DNA of 44,890 nt from NCBI GenBank assembly GCA_002726595.1, contig PBTO01000115.1, positions 1 through 44,890 on the forward strand, written 5' to 3'. The notes under the pieces are model-generated. The model was not told the DNA's origin. It saw only the letters and a program-made list of their open reading frames with translations, and did no database searches. Numbering within the stretch: the stretch's first letter is position 1; each line of letters begins with the position of its first letter. The stretch is from Gammaproteobacteria bacterium (GTDB lineage Bacteria; Pseudomonadota; Gammaproteobacteria; Pseudomonadales; Pseudohongiellaceae). The position numbers and the translations under genes were made by a program. Shown piece after piece: positions 36,507 through 44,673 of this stretch.

Positions 36507-38138
36507 ATGAGTACTGACAATATATATGAGCAGGAGCTCGGCAAAAACCCGGCTAATTTTACTCCCTTAACACCGCTGAGCTTTATCGAAAGGTCGGCCA
36601 GTGTCTACTCCGATCATACTTCCATAATCCACGGTGAATCCAAATACACGTGGTCGCAAACATATAAACGCTGCTGCTTATTGGCTTCTGCACTGAAAAA
36701 GATGGGAATCACAACAGGTGATACAGTGTCTTTTATGGGGGCAAATACACCCGAATTATTCGAAGCGCATTTTGGTGTGCCAATGATAGGGGCCGTGCTC
36801 AATGCACTCAATGTAAGACTGGATGCAAAAGCCATCGCATTCATTTTGGAACACGCGGAAACCAAGATCCTTTTTACGGATAAGGAATACAGCGATACCA
36901 TCAAGGCGGCATTGGAAATCGTATCCAATAAGCCTGTAGTTATAGATATCGACGATCCTTATTTTCAAGAAGGAGAATTGCTGGGCGAGCAGAACTATGA
37001 TGATTTTATAAATACGGGAGATGAGGACTATGCCTGTTTTCAAATCGAAGACGAATGGCAGGCAATTTCACTAAATTACACCTCAGGAACTACTGGTGAC
37101 CCCAAAGGCGTGGTGTATCATCATCGGGGAGCTTATCTCAATGCCGTCTCCAATGTACTGTGTTGGGACATGACCTCACATCCGGTCTATCTCTGGACCT
37201 TACCGATGTTTCACTGTAACGGCTGGTGCTGGCCCTGGAGCTTAGCGGCGGTCGCTGGCACCAGTGTCTGCCTGAGGCACGTTCGTGATGATGCTATTTT
37301 TGCTGCCATCAAAAAGCACCGGGTTACGCATTTTTGCGGCGCTCCGGTTGTTTTAAACACATTGATAAATGCAGATGACGAATTAAAACAGGGAATCGAG
37401 CACAAAGTTCTTTCCATGACTGCAGGAGCAGCCCCACCGGCGGCCGTAATCGCAGGAATGGAAAACATGGACATCAATGTAACTCATGTGTACGGCCTCA
37501 CAGAAACCTATGGCCCCTGTGTTGTCTGTGCACCACAGGCAGATTGGAGTGATCTGTCAACCGACGATCGCGCTGAATTGCTGGCCCGGCAAGGTGTGCG
37601 AGCGCCATTGCAGGATGAGCTCATGGTGGCTGATCCGGAGACCATGCAGCCGGTGCCAAAAGATGGCAAGACTATGGGAGAGATATTTATCCGTGGGAAT
37701 ATCACCATGAAAGGCTACCTGAAGAACCCTAAAACCACCGAAGAGTCGTTCGTCGGGGACTGGTTTCATTCTGGAGACCTAGCAGTGTGGTATGCTGATG
37801 GCTACACGCAAATCAAGGATAGATCAAAAGATATCATTATCTCTGGTGGTGAAAATATCTCATCGCTTGAAGTGGAATCGGTCTTGTTCAAGCATCCGAA
37901 AATAATGGAGGCGGCGGTCGTGGCCAGCTCAGATGAAAAATGGGGTGAGGTGCCCTGTGCCTTTGTTTCCTTGAAATCAGGCCAGGAAATGACCAAGGAG
38001 GAATTAGTCGAATACTGTAGGGGGGAGTTGGCAGGTTTTAAAATTCCCAAGAAGGTAATATTCGGCACGATCGACAAGACTTCTACGGGGAAGGTGCAGA
38101 AGTACTTGCTTAGAGAAAAGGCGGAGTTGGCAGACTGA
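36507..38138 (+). CDS. AMP-forming acyl-CoA synthetase
   Basis: AMP-binding motifs are LNYTSGTTGDPKGV, YGLTETYGP, WFHSGDLAV and DRSKDIIISGGENISS. I chose the start at Met 36507; the tracked ORF starts at 36441. Confidence 0.85.
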   Translation: MSTDNIYEQELGKNPANFTPLTPLSFIERSASVYSDHTSIIHGESKYTWSQTYKRCCLLASALKKMGITTGDTVSFMGANTPELFEAHFGVPMIGAVLNALNVRLDAKAIAFILEHAETKILFTDKEYSDTIKAALEIVSNKPVVIDIDDPYFQEGELLGEQNYDDFINTGDEDYACFQIEDEWQAISLNYTSGTTGDPKGVVYHHRGAYLNAVSNVLCWDMTSHPVYLWTLPMFHCNGWCWPWSLAAVAGTSVCLRHVRDDAIFAAIKKHRVTHFCGAPVVLNTLINADDELKQGIEHKVLSMTAGAAPPAAVIAGMENMDINVTHVYGLTETYGPCVVCAPQADWSDLSTDDRAELLARQGVRAPLQDELMVADPETMQPVPKDGKTMGEIFIRGNITMKGYLKNPKTTEESFVGDWFHSGDLAVWYADGYTQIKDRSKDIIISGGENISSLEVESVLFKHPKIMEAAVVASSDEKWGEVPCAFVSLKSGQEMTKEELVEYCRGELAGFKIPKKVIFGTIDKTSTGKVQKYLLREKAELAD

Positions 38139-38351
38139 ATTTGAAATGGGAGCCAAATCTTTCAATACGCCGCAAGAATTTTAAAGTTGGTGATTGCGTA
38201 TTGGGATTCGGTAGCGCAGCGCGCCTTCACTGAACCTCTTTAACTTAGTGCCATAAGTACGCCAAAAGCAGTTGACGGGCACGTTCTGGCGACCGGGATG
38301 TGGATGGGGTATTACGAAAGAGCAGAATGGTACGTAAAAAAAATGGCAGGC

Positions 38352-38396
38352 AAAAAAATAGTCACCTGAGAGCCCGGAGCTGGTCCTAGGTGACTA
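38352..38396 (-). terminator. Rho-independent terminator of the repeat-protein gene at 38414-39091
   Basis: TAGTCACCT (38359-38367) pairs with AGGTGACTA (38388-38396). It is followed on the minus strand by a run of 7 U (A-run at 38352-38358 on the plus strand). Confidence 0.6.
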
Positions 38397-38413
38397 ATTA
38401 CTGCATATCAAAA

Positions 38414-39091
38414 TTACAAGTAGTGTCTGATTATCTCGCCAACATTCGCATTGTCATCGATATCCAGATCGACTTCTTTGTACAAATGGATATCGCCTTG
38501 CACTGACGAGCTGGCATCAATTGTTATTTCCACTGAGTTTCTATTTCTGTTAAAAAATCGTGAGAACCAGGATCCGCGGTTTCTTTTTACCACGATATCG
38601 CCTTCCACAGTGCTGTTATCACGAATAGTGATATCGCCGTTCGAAGATTGAATGTTTTCACCAATTCGCGTATTGCTAAGCTGAATTCTGCCATTCACGG
38701 TAGTCACGCTTTCTCTGACAACCGAGCGGGGTTCGAGCACGATTCGCCCGTTCACAGTACTCAATGATCCATTAACGATTACCTCTTCGCTGGTCCTGAT
38801 GCCACCGTTAACTGTTCTGGCGCTACCTATGGTTGCATGGTCAGACAAGTTAATTCCGCCGTTAACTGTTTTTATATCCGAGGCAGATGCTCCTGAGCCA
38901 ATGCCCACTCCGCCATTGATTGATGAAATATCACCGACTTGAGTCTGCGCATCGACTCGGATACTTCCATTTATCTTGGAAATATCTCGTAGTTCGGCTC
39001 CGTCCGCAGTGGCAGTATACAGATAGCCACCCAGGAACATTGCTAACATAGTTGCTGCTACCACGTTCTCTTTATATTTAATGACTCGCAT
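38414..39091 (-). CDS. Membrane-anchored or exported repeat protein, predicted beta-helical (DUF4097/bactofilin-like xNGxI repeats)
   Basis: An N-terminal hydrophobic segment is followed by about seven ~18-aa repeats (INGSIRV, INGGVGI, VNGGINL, VNGGIRT, VNGRIVL, VNGRIQL, SNGDITI). Confidence 0.55.
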   Translation of the reverse strand: MRVIKYKENVVAATMLAMFLGGYLYTATADGAELRDISKINGSIRVDAQTQVGDISSINGGVGIGSGASASDIKTVNGGINLSDHATIGSARTVNGGIRTSEEVIVNGSLSTVNGRIVLEPRSVVRESVTTVNGRIQLSNTRIGENIQSSNGDITIRDNSTVEGDIVVKRNRGSWFSRFFNRNRNSVEITIDASSSVQGDIHLYKEVDLDIDDNANVGEIIRHYL

Positions 39092-39562
39092 TTTTTTCCC
39101 CTTTTATAAGGTTGGCCTCTGGGACTCACCTCTTAAACTCCTTAGATACTCCGAATAACGTAAGGAGGTGGTAATAATCTGCTGCGCTTTCAATACCTGT
39201 ATAAATCGTAGCAATTTAATTCTAATAAGCTTGCCAATATTTAATATTTAGTAAAAACAACAGCTTATGGCAGATTGCCGACCGCTCAGATGGGGCCGGA
39301 TAGTCAGTTTTACCACAATAAATGGTGAGAATGGCTAAATTGCAGGCAAGCGTAGTGTATACAAAGTGTTATTGAGGTACATGCTGAGAATAGTTTGATA
39401 GACTGGCAGGCGCTCCGACAATCAAGCGTCCCGGTGAATTATCCGGGCTAATATCGCTGCAAAGCATCGCCTTGCGTTCAGTGTTGGGATAGATGTCAGT
39501 TTTTATTTCAGCTCCAAAATAATTAATCAGAGGCTAGCTAAACAAATAACAGGAATCTATCG

Positions 39563-40627
39563 ATGAAAATACCAGCAAAGCTGTATCTATCTATTTGCGC
39601 AACTATTTTAGCCCTGACTTTATCCCCGTCGGCATTAATTGCGCAAAACCTCGTAGTGGAGTCCGATACGCACCGCTTCAATGAAATCGCAGAAGGCGTC
39701 TGGTTTGTATCCGGTAACGGGACAGTTCAGACCATGAGTAATGCGATGGTATTGGTCGGCGAGTTCGATGTGCTTGTGGTGGACTCCCATGTGACGCCCG
39801 CAGCGTCCCGGGCTCTGCTAGATTCCCTGTCGGTAATCACCGACAAACCCGTACGCTATCTGGTCAACAGCCATTACCATTTTGATCATGCTCATGGTAA
39901 TCAGTCGTTTCCGCAAGGCGTTGAAATTATCGGCCACAGTTTTACCCGCGCCAAGCTTAGCGGCGAGATCGGTAATGTGTTAGAGGAAAGTACCTTCAAG
40001 AGTTTCTCCGATGGCGTGCCGACACTGGTGGCAAATCTGGAAACCCAGGCTGCTGCGGAATCAGACCCGGCACGCAAGGTGGCACTGGAAGAAAGACACC
40101 GGGTGCAGCGGGACTATATGAACGCGATACAGGAAATTGTCCCCACGCCGCCGAATATTACGCTCGATACCACTATGACTCTATTCCAGGTCGTTGCCCG
40201 GGGCAGTCGTGAAATCCAGTTGCTGCACCTGGGCCGGGCCCATACCGGTGGCGACGTGGTGATTTATTTACCCCAGGAAGGAGTCGTGTTCACTGGAGAC
40301 ATGATGTTGCCTGGCCTGGCTTATATGGGTGATGCCCACGTTGATGAGTGGCCGGTGACTCTCGAAGCCTTGAAGGGTCTGGATTTTGACGTAGTACTCC
40401 CGGGGCATGGTGCACCTTTCAGGAGCAGGGATCCAATCGCTAACTTTCAGGCCTATCTCACCGACCTCTGGCAGAAAACCGGTGATATGCACCGGCGCGG
40501 AGTTAGCGCAGAGCAGGCTGCCGAGCAGATAGACATGACTAACCATCGTGATAATTATGCGCAGCTTAGAGGCCCAGGAGTAGATCCCAGGGCAATTCGG
40601 CGTATATATGAGCTGCTGAATAATTAG
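39563..40627 (+). CDS. Exported metallo-beta-lactamase-fold hydrolase (second copy of the fold in the window)
   Basis: The signal peptide ends at LIAQN. HxHxDH is present as NSHYHFDHAHGN, with a later HTGGD and PGHG. Confidence 0.8.
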   Translation: MKIPAKLYLSICATILALTLSPSALIAQNLVVESDTHRFNEIAEGVWFVSGNGTVQTMSNAMVLVGEFDVLVVDSHVTPAASRALLDSLSVITDKPVRYLVNSHYHFDHAHGNQSFPQGVEIIGHSFTRAKLSGEIGNVLEESTFKSFSDGVPTLVANLETQAAAESDPARKVALEERHRVQRDYMNAIQEIVPTPPNITLDTTMTLFQVVARGSREIQLLHLGRAHTGGDVVIYLPQEGVVFTGDMMLPGLAYMGDAHVDEWPVTLEALKGLDFDVVLPGHGAPFRSRDPIANFQAYLTDLWQKTGDMHRRGVSAEQAAEQIDMTNHRDNYAQLRGPGVDPRAIRRIYELLNN

Positions 40628-40653
40628 TCAGACTGTTGGTTCAAGCGTTACTG

Positions 40654-40681
40654 AAAGGGATCTTGAACAGATCCCTTTTTT
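40654..40681 (+). terminator. Rho-independent terminator after the MBL gene, overlapping the stop codon of the convergent gene
   Basis: AAAGGGATC (40654-40662) and GATCCCTTT (40670-40678) form a perfect 9-bp stem with a 7-nt loop. The T-run continues to 40681. Confidence 0.75.
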
Positions 40682-42453
40682 CATCCTGCCACTCTCGGGC
40701 CAGCCAGAATTTCATTGAGTAAGAGATTATTCGGGTTGTTGCAGAGGTGTTTGCGATAATCAGCCACAAAGGTTGACCAGGTACTACGCTGATGCAGTTT
40801 TTCGATGTTTGCGTAGTCATTGTATTTTGACATGACAAAGACTTTAGCCTTGCAACAAATATACTGCTCCACAAATGAGTTAATATCATCCTCATGCTCG
40901 ATATCATAATATTTGAATTTCCCTAACGGTGAATTCATCAGTTGGCCGATTTTATTTGTGGCGATGAAGACGTTAGGGGGATCAATATGCTCCTGTTTTG
41001 CTAGTTCGAGCAATGCACTATGGATATTCTCTTCATTGAAATTGGCATGACTTTCGAGTGATTTATTGGCCATAACGTCAGGATAGCGAAGGTGTACGGC
41101 GATATAGTCATTTTTCAGGCTGGCCTGGATGAATTGTTCACCATGACTCTTTATGGCGTCAGAAAAATCAAGATTTCCGCAGATTTCACTGTAAAGAGAT
41201 TCGAAAGCCGGATTTGTCTTGCAGTCATGGCATCCGTTGATCAGGCATTCTGAGATAGCGGTGTTATTAAACAAATGTTTAACGCACAATACTGGCTCAT
41301 CAATTGCTGACAATTCGCTATAATCTTCGATGCTTCTAAAATGCCGCTGATGCAAAAGCTGTTCTTTGGAGTCGTGACCCAGTAGCGTCTCCACCTTCAG
41401 TTTCTTATTCAGATAAGCACCGTGCAATACATAAGTCTTGTCAGGAATAAGTTCGCGATTGTCTGCATTAATATCTAAAACCTTATCTGGAATTTTGTAG
41501 TGGAACAGTTCGGAAAAATTCCAGCTACACCTTCCCTCTGTGTAGTGCTGGTATACCGGCGGAAGTAACACTTTTCTCTTGAGTATCGCTCCCATGAGAA
41601 GGGCCTCCTTAAAGCCCATAATCTGATTCCCCGGACCACTGTCCGTTGAAATTAGCAACAGATATTGATCGTTGCCATTGACAGCTTCATCTTTTGAAGT
41701 TCTGGATGCAGCCGATTCAATCTCCAATGTGGCATCAATTCCCGAGAAGCCTTGTGGTATTTCCAGTCGCTGGCTTTTCTGTTTGAGCAAAGTCAAATCC
41801 GGATCGGTTTGTTCGAGTGACAACGCGGCATGATAATGTTTAATCACACTACTTGGGGATATAGGCACAATATCTTGTCCGGTAATTTGGGGTGTATATT
41901 GATTTAGATCGCGACCGGATTGAAGTCCGTTTTCCTGGTCAAACATAAACGAGATCAACATATGTCTCACTCCGGAGGTAACCGGTCTTACTTCGTGGAG
42001 TCGCGCGGGCCGAAAAATAATGGCACTGCCTTTTTCGAGAATAAAGCTACGATCAATTTCGGCAAAATACAGTTCGCCGCCCTGATAATCGGCCGGATCC
42101 GATAGTGCAATGACAAAGCTCAGTTGCCTGTGCTCCATTCCTCCCTGAATATCGGTATGGGCATTATAATGACCTCTGTCTTCGCCCTTGTAGTAGCCCA
42201 CTTTCCAGCGCTCCCTGTATCTAACCGAAACGCCAAAATCCTGCTCGAAGATTTGCTTTATGCTATTTAAAATCAGTGAATCAATGGGAGCGCAATCCTT
42301 CCTTGAAAGAAAACAGTCCTGGCGTATCTTCTGAACGGGATCGACTCTCTTTCCCACTTTTGACTCTTCAAGCTCCAGCTTATTGGCCAGATCGAAAACA
42401 TAATCAATCATTTCATCTGAGAGAATTTTTTCTACGATGACAATCTGATTCAT
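40681..42453 (-). CDS. Fusion protein: N-terminal PKHD/prolyl-4-hydroxylase-like 2OG-Fe(II) dioxygenase plus C-terminal O-fucosyltransferase-like (O-FucT family) glycosyltransferase
   Basis: The N-terminal half has HTD (HxD), LSFVIALSDPADYQGGELYF and LHEVRPVTSGVRHMLISF, as in YbiX/PiuC-type hydroxylases. The C-terminal half has STDSGPGNQIMGF, YIAVHLRYPDVMA, VFIATN and QYICCKAKVFVMS, resembling the three conserved fucosyltransferase-superfamily blocks. Confidence 0.6.
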   Translation of the reverse strand: MNQIVIVEKILSDEMIDYVFDLANKLELEESKVGKRVDPVQKIRQDCFLSRKDCAPIDSLILNSIKQIFEQDFGVSVRYRERWKVGYYKGEDRGHYNAHTDIQGGMEHRQLSFVIALSDPADYQGGELYFAEIDRSFILEKGSAIIFRPARLHEVRPVTSGVRHMLISFMFDQENGLQSGRDLNQYTPQITGQDIVPISPSSVIKHYHAALSLEQTDPDLTLLKQKSQRLEIPQGFSGIDATLEIESAASRTSKDEAVNGNDQYLLLISTDSGPGNQIMGFKEALLMGAILKRKVLLPPVYQHYTEGRCSWNFSELFHYKIPDKVLDINADNRELIPDKTYVLHGAYLNKKLKVETLLGHDSKEQLLHQRHFRSIEDYSELSAIDEPVLCVKHLFNNTAISECLINGCHDCKTNPAFESLYSEICGNLDFSDAIKSHGEQFIQASLKNDYIAVHLRYPDVMANKSLESHANFNEENIHSALLELAKQEHIDPPNVFIATNKIGQLMNSPLGKFKYYDIEHEDDINSFVEQYICCKAKVFVMSKYNDYANIEKLHQRSTWSTFVADYRKHLCNNPNNLLLNEILAGPRVAG

Positions 42454-42596
42454 AGAGAGCTCGATATTCTCGCCGTCAGCATTAAAATAAAATTAACAGC
42501 TCAAAAAATCTCGGGTAGGGAACTTTAGACCCAAACTCCTGGCCCTTCCTGAAACCTGTTGATGATTTCAGGTCGGGACAGGTTTTAGCCTGGATT

Positions 42597-43916
42597 TTAA
42601 TCGAGAGTCTGATAACCCATGACAGAGAAAGGTTTATTGCTATTGCTGTCGATGATGGCCTGCATGGCAGTTACCCCTAGCTCCTGCCGCACATTGAGAT
42701 GGCTGTAGGAAGTGATTTGCGTCATCATGATGCCGATCATCTCTTCTACCGGATCGATCCAGAACACGGTGCCCCAGGCCCCACCCCAGGTAAAGCTGCC
42801 GGGAGTCAATGGATCTCTTGAAGTCCCCGCGTTGTTCAGCACACCAAAACCCAGGCCGAAACCATAGCCAGGACCGCGGACGTAGACTTCAGCATCGCCA
42901 CTGTGATTGCTGATCATCAGGTTAACCGTTTTCGGGCTCAGCAGTCTCACACCGTCCAGCTCTCCACCATTGAGAATCATCTGGCTGAACCGCCAGTAAT
43001 CGGAAATCGTCGACGATAATCCAGCGACGCCGCCAAAGTAGGTGGTTTCCCGATACTCCGGTGCACGTGACAGCTCAATAGTTTGATTTGCTCCACTTGG
43101 ACTGTAAACCGCCGCTACGCGGTCTATCTTATCCCGCGGAACATTGTAGAACGTATCGCCCATTTGCAAGGGATCAAATATTTTCTCCTGCAGATAATCA
43201 ACCAGCGGTTCACCCGAAATTCTTTCCACTAACAGGGCCACGTAATCGGTTGAACTGCCGTATTGCCAGGTGTCGCCCGGTTGAAAATTCAGCGGCAGAC
43301 TGGCTCTTTTTACAATCGTTTCCTCCAGAGTCGCTTCACGCGAGAGCATGGCAACCTCATCGTCGTTTAACGCCGTTCGAGCCGGGTCGACACCTGAGGT
43401 ATGGGACAGGACATGGCGAAATGTAATCGGTCGCTTTGCCGGGACTCTGTAAGTGCCATTGTCATCATTGACGATGACTTCCTTACCCTCCAGTTCCGGT
43501 ATCCAGTTGGTAATGGGATCGGTGAGTAAAAAGTGACCTTCTTCGTACAGCATCATCAAGGCCGTTGAAACAATAGGCTTGGTCATGGACATGATGACGA
43601 AGATGGAGTCATCGGTCATCGCCTCGCCGGTTTCCCTGTTCTTCCAGCCCTGTGACTCCAGGTGAATAACCTTGCCCTTGCGGGAAATCAACGAGATCGT
43701 ACCCGCCAGGAGATCCTTATCGATATAGCGCTGCATTGCAGTACTGACTCTCTCCAGCCGTTCTGAGGAAACTCCCGTGTTCTCCGGCGTGTCTAGCGGG
43801 AGACCATCTGCCAGCGACAGGGAGGACAGGCATAAACCTGTTGCGGCCAGCAGGCATTTGCAGTAATTAATCTGTATGTATTTGTCGAATTGCGCGAGCA
43901 TAATTAACCCCTTCAT
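42597..43916 (-). CDS. Exported serine hydrolase of the beta-lactamase / penicillin-binding (class C-like) family
   Basis: The SxxK motif is SMTKP, preceded by a signal-like leader. The length and layout fit the Beta-lactamase family. An alternative start is Met 43901. Confidence 0.75.
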   Translation of the reverse strand: MKGLIMLAQFDKYIQINYCKCLLAATGLCLSSLSLADGLPLDTPENTGVSSERLERVSTAMQRYIDKDLLAGTISLISRKGKVIHLESQGWKNRETGEAMTDDSIFVIMSMTKPIVSTALMMLYEEGHFLLTDPITNWIPELEGKEVIVNDDNGTYRVPAKRPITFRHVLSHTSGVDPARTALNDDEVAMLSREATLEETIVKRASLPLNFQPGDTWQYGSSTDYVALLVERISGEPLVDYLQEKIFDPLQMGDTFYNVPRDKIDRVAAVYSPSGANQTIELSRAPEYRETTYFGGVAGLSSTISDYWRFSQMILNGGELDGVRLLSPKTVNLMISNHSGDAEVYVRGPGYGFGLGFGVLNNAGTSRDPLTPGSFTWGGAWGTVFWIDPVEEMIGIMMTQITSYSHLNVRQELGVTAMQAIIDSNSNKPFSVMGYQTLD

Positions 43917-44026
43917 TGTTTTCTAGTAAACAGCCGCAGTATAAAGGACTTAATCACAATTTGACCAGCACATGGTTTTGCTGCATCCTCACCGACCGTT
44001 CGAGCCTCTAAATGCACAGGTAGCCC

Positions 44027-44461
44027 ATGAGCGAGCAGGAATCCAGAAAAAACACCACCCCGCCTTTTATGAAGCCAGGCCATAGTGCTGGCGACTTTGT
44101 GGAATCGACCCAGTGGAAGATCCTGCGGGAAGAACCAGGGCTGGTCGAAGTGGATGCCCATTTGCCGGATCACTTGCTCAACCCGAGAAAGCAGCTCTTT
44201 GGGGGTTTTACCGGCACCTACGTGGATATGATATCCATCTACACCGTGCGCTCCCTGTTTACAGACAAGGACGATTTCCGCTGGGCCGCCACCATCAATA
44301 TGCGCATAGATTACCTCAAGCCCGTGCTGGGCCCACGGTTCTTACTTAAAGGCGAAGTAATCCACGATGGACGATCAACCTGCCTAGTCGCTACGCATTT
44401 CACTGACATGGAAGGCAACAAATTAGTCTACGCGGTTACTACTCTCCATAAGAATAAATGA
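44027..44461 (+). CDS. PaaI-family hotdog-fold thioesterase
   Basis: The protein is 144 aa. The blocks LNPRKQLFGGFTGTYVDM and GEVIHDGRSTCLVATHFTDMEGNKLVYAVTT are typical of PaaI/4HBT-type thioesterases. Confidence 0.7.
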   Translation: MSEQESRKNTTPPFMKPGHSAGDFVESTQWKILREEPGLVEVDAHLPDHLLNPRKQLFGGFTGTYVDMISIYTVRSLFTDKDDFRWAATINMRIDYLKPVLGPRFLLKGEVIHDGRSTCLVATHFTDMEGNKLVYAVTTLHKNK

Positions 44462-44540
44462 ATGTGAAAGCTAGAATGGTGGAAACTTTGGTAAATCGTG
44501 CAGGATTAGCAGTTTTACTTGGTTCACTGCACCTTGGCGA

Positions 44541-44673
44541 GACTCAGGAATGAGTTCGGTAATGATTAGCGTGACACGCCGTAAATACATCCCTGTAGGC
44601 TCTGCGCCCGCGTCTGACCGCCAAGGATGGCGGGAATGCCGAAAATGCAGGAGCATTTTTCGGCCTGCGGGCG
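44541..44673 (+). ncRNA. Structured intergenic element with three GGA-containing hairpin loops (candidate Csr/Rsm-type RNA, CsrA-regulated leader, or REP-like repeat)
   Basis: The hairpins are ACTCA-GGAA-TGAGT (44542-44555), CCGCCA-AGGA-TGGCGG (44618-44633) and GCCGAAAATGC-AGGA-GCATTTTTCGGC (44638-44664). The last two are enclosed by CGCCCGC (44605-44611) and GCGGGCG (44667-44673). Confidence 0.3.
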
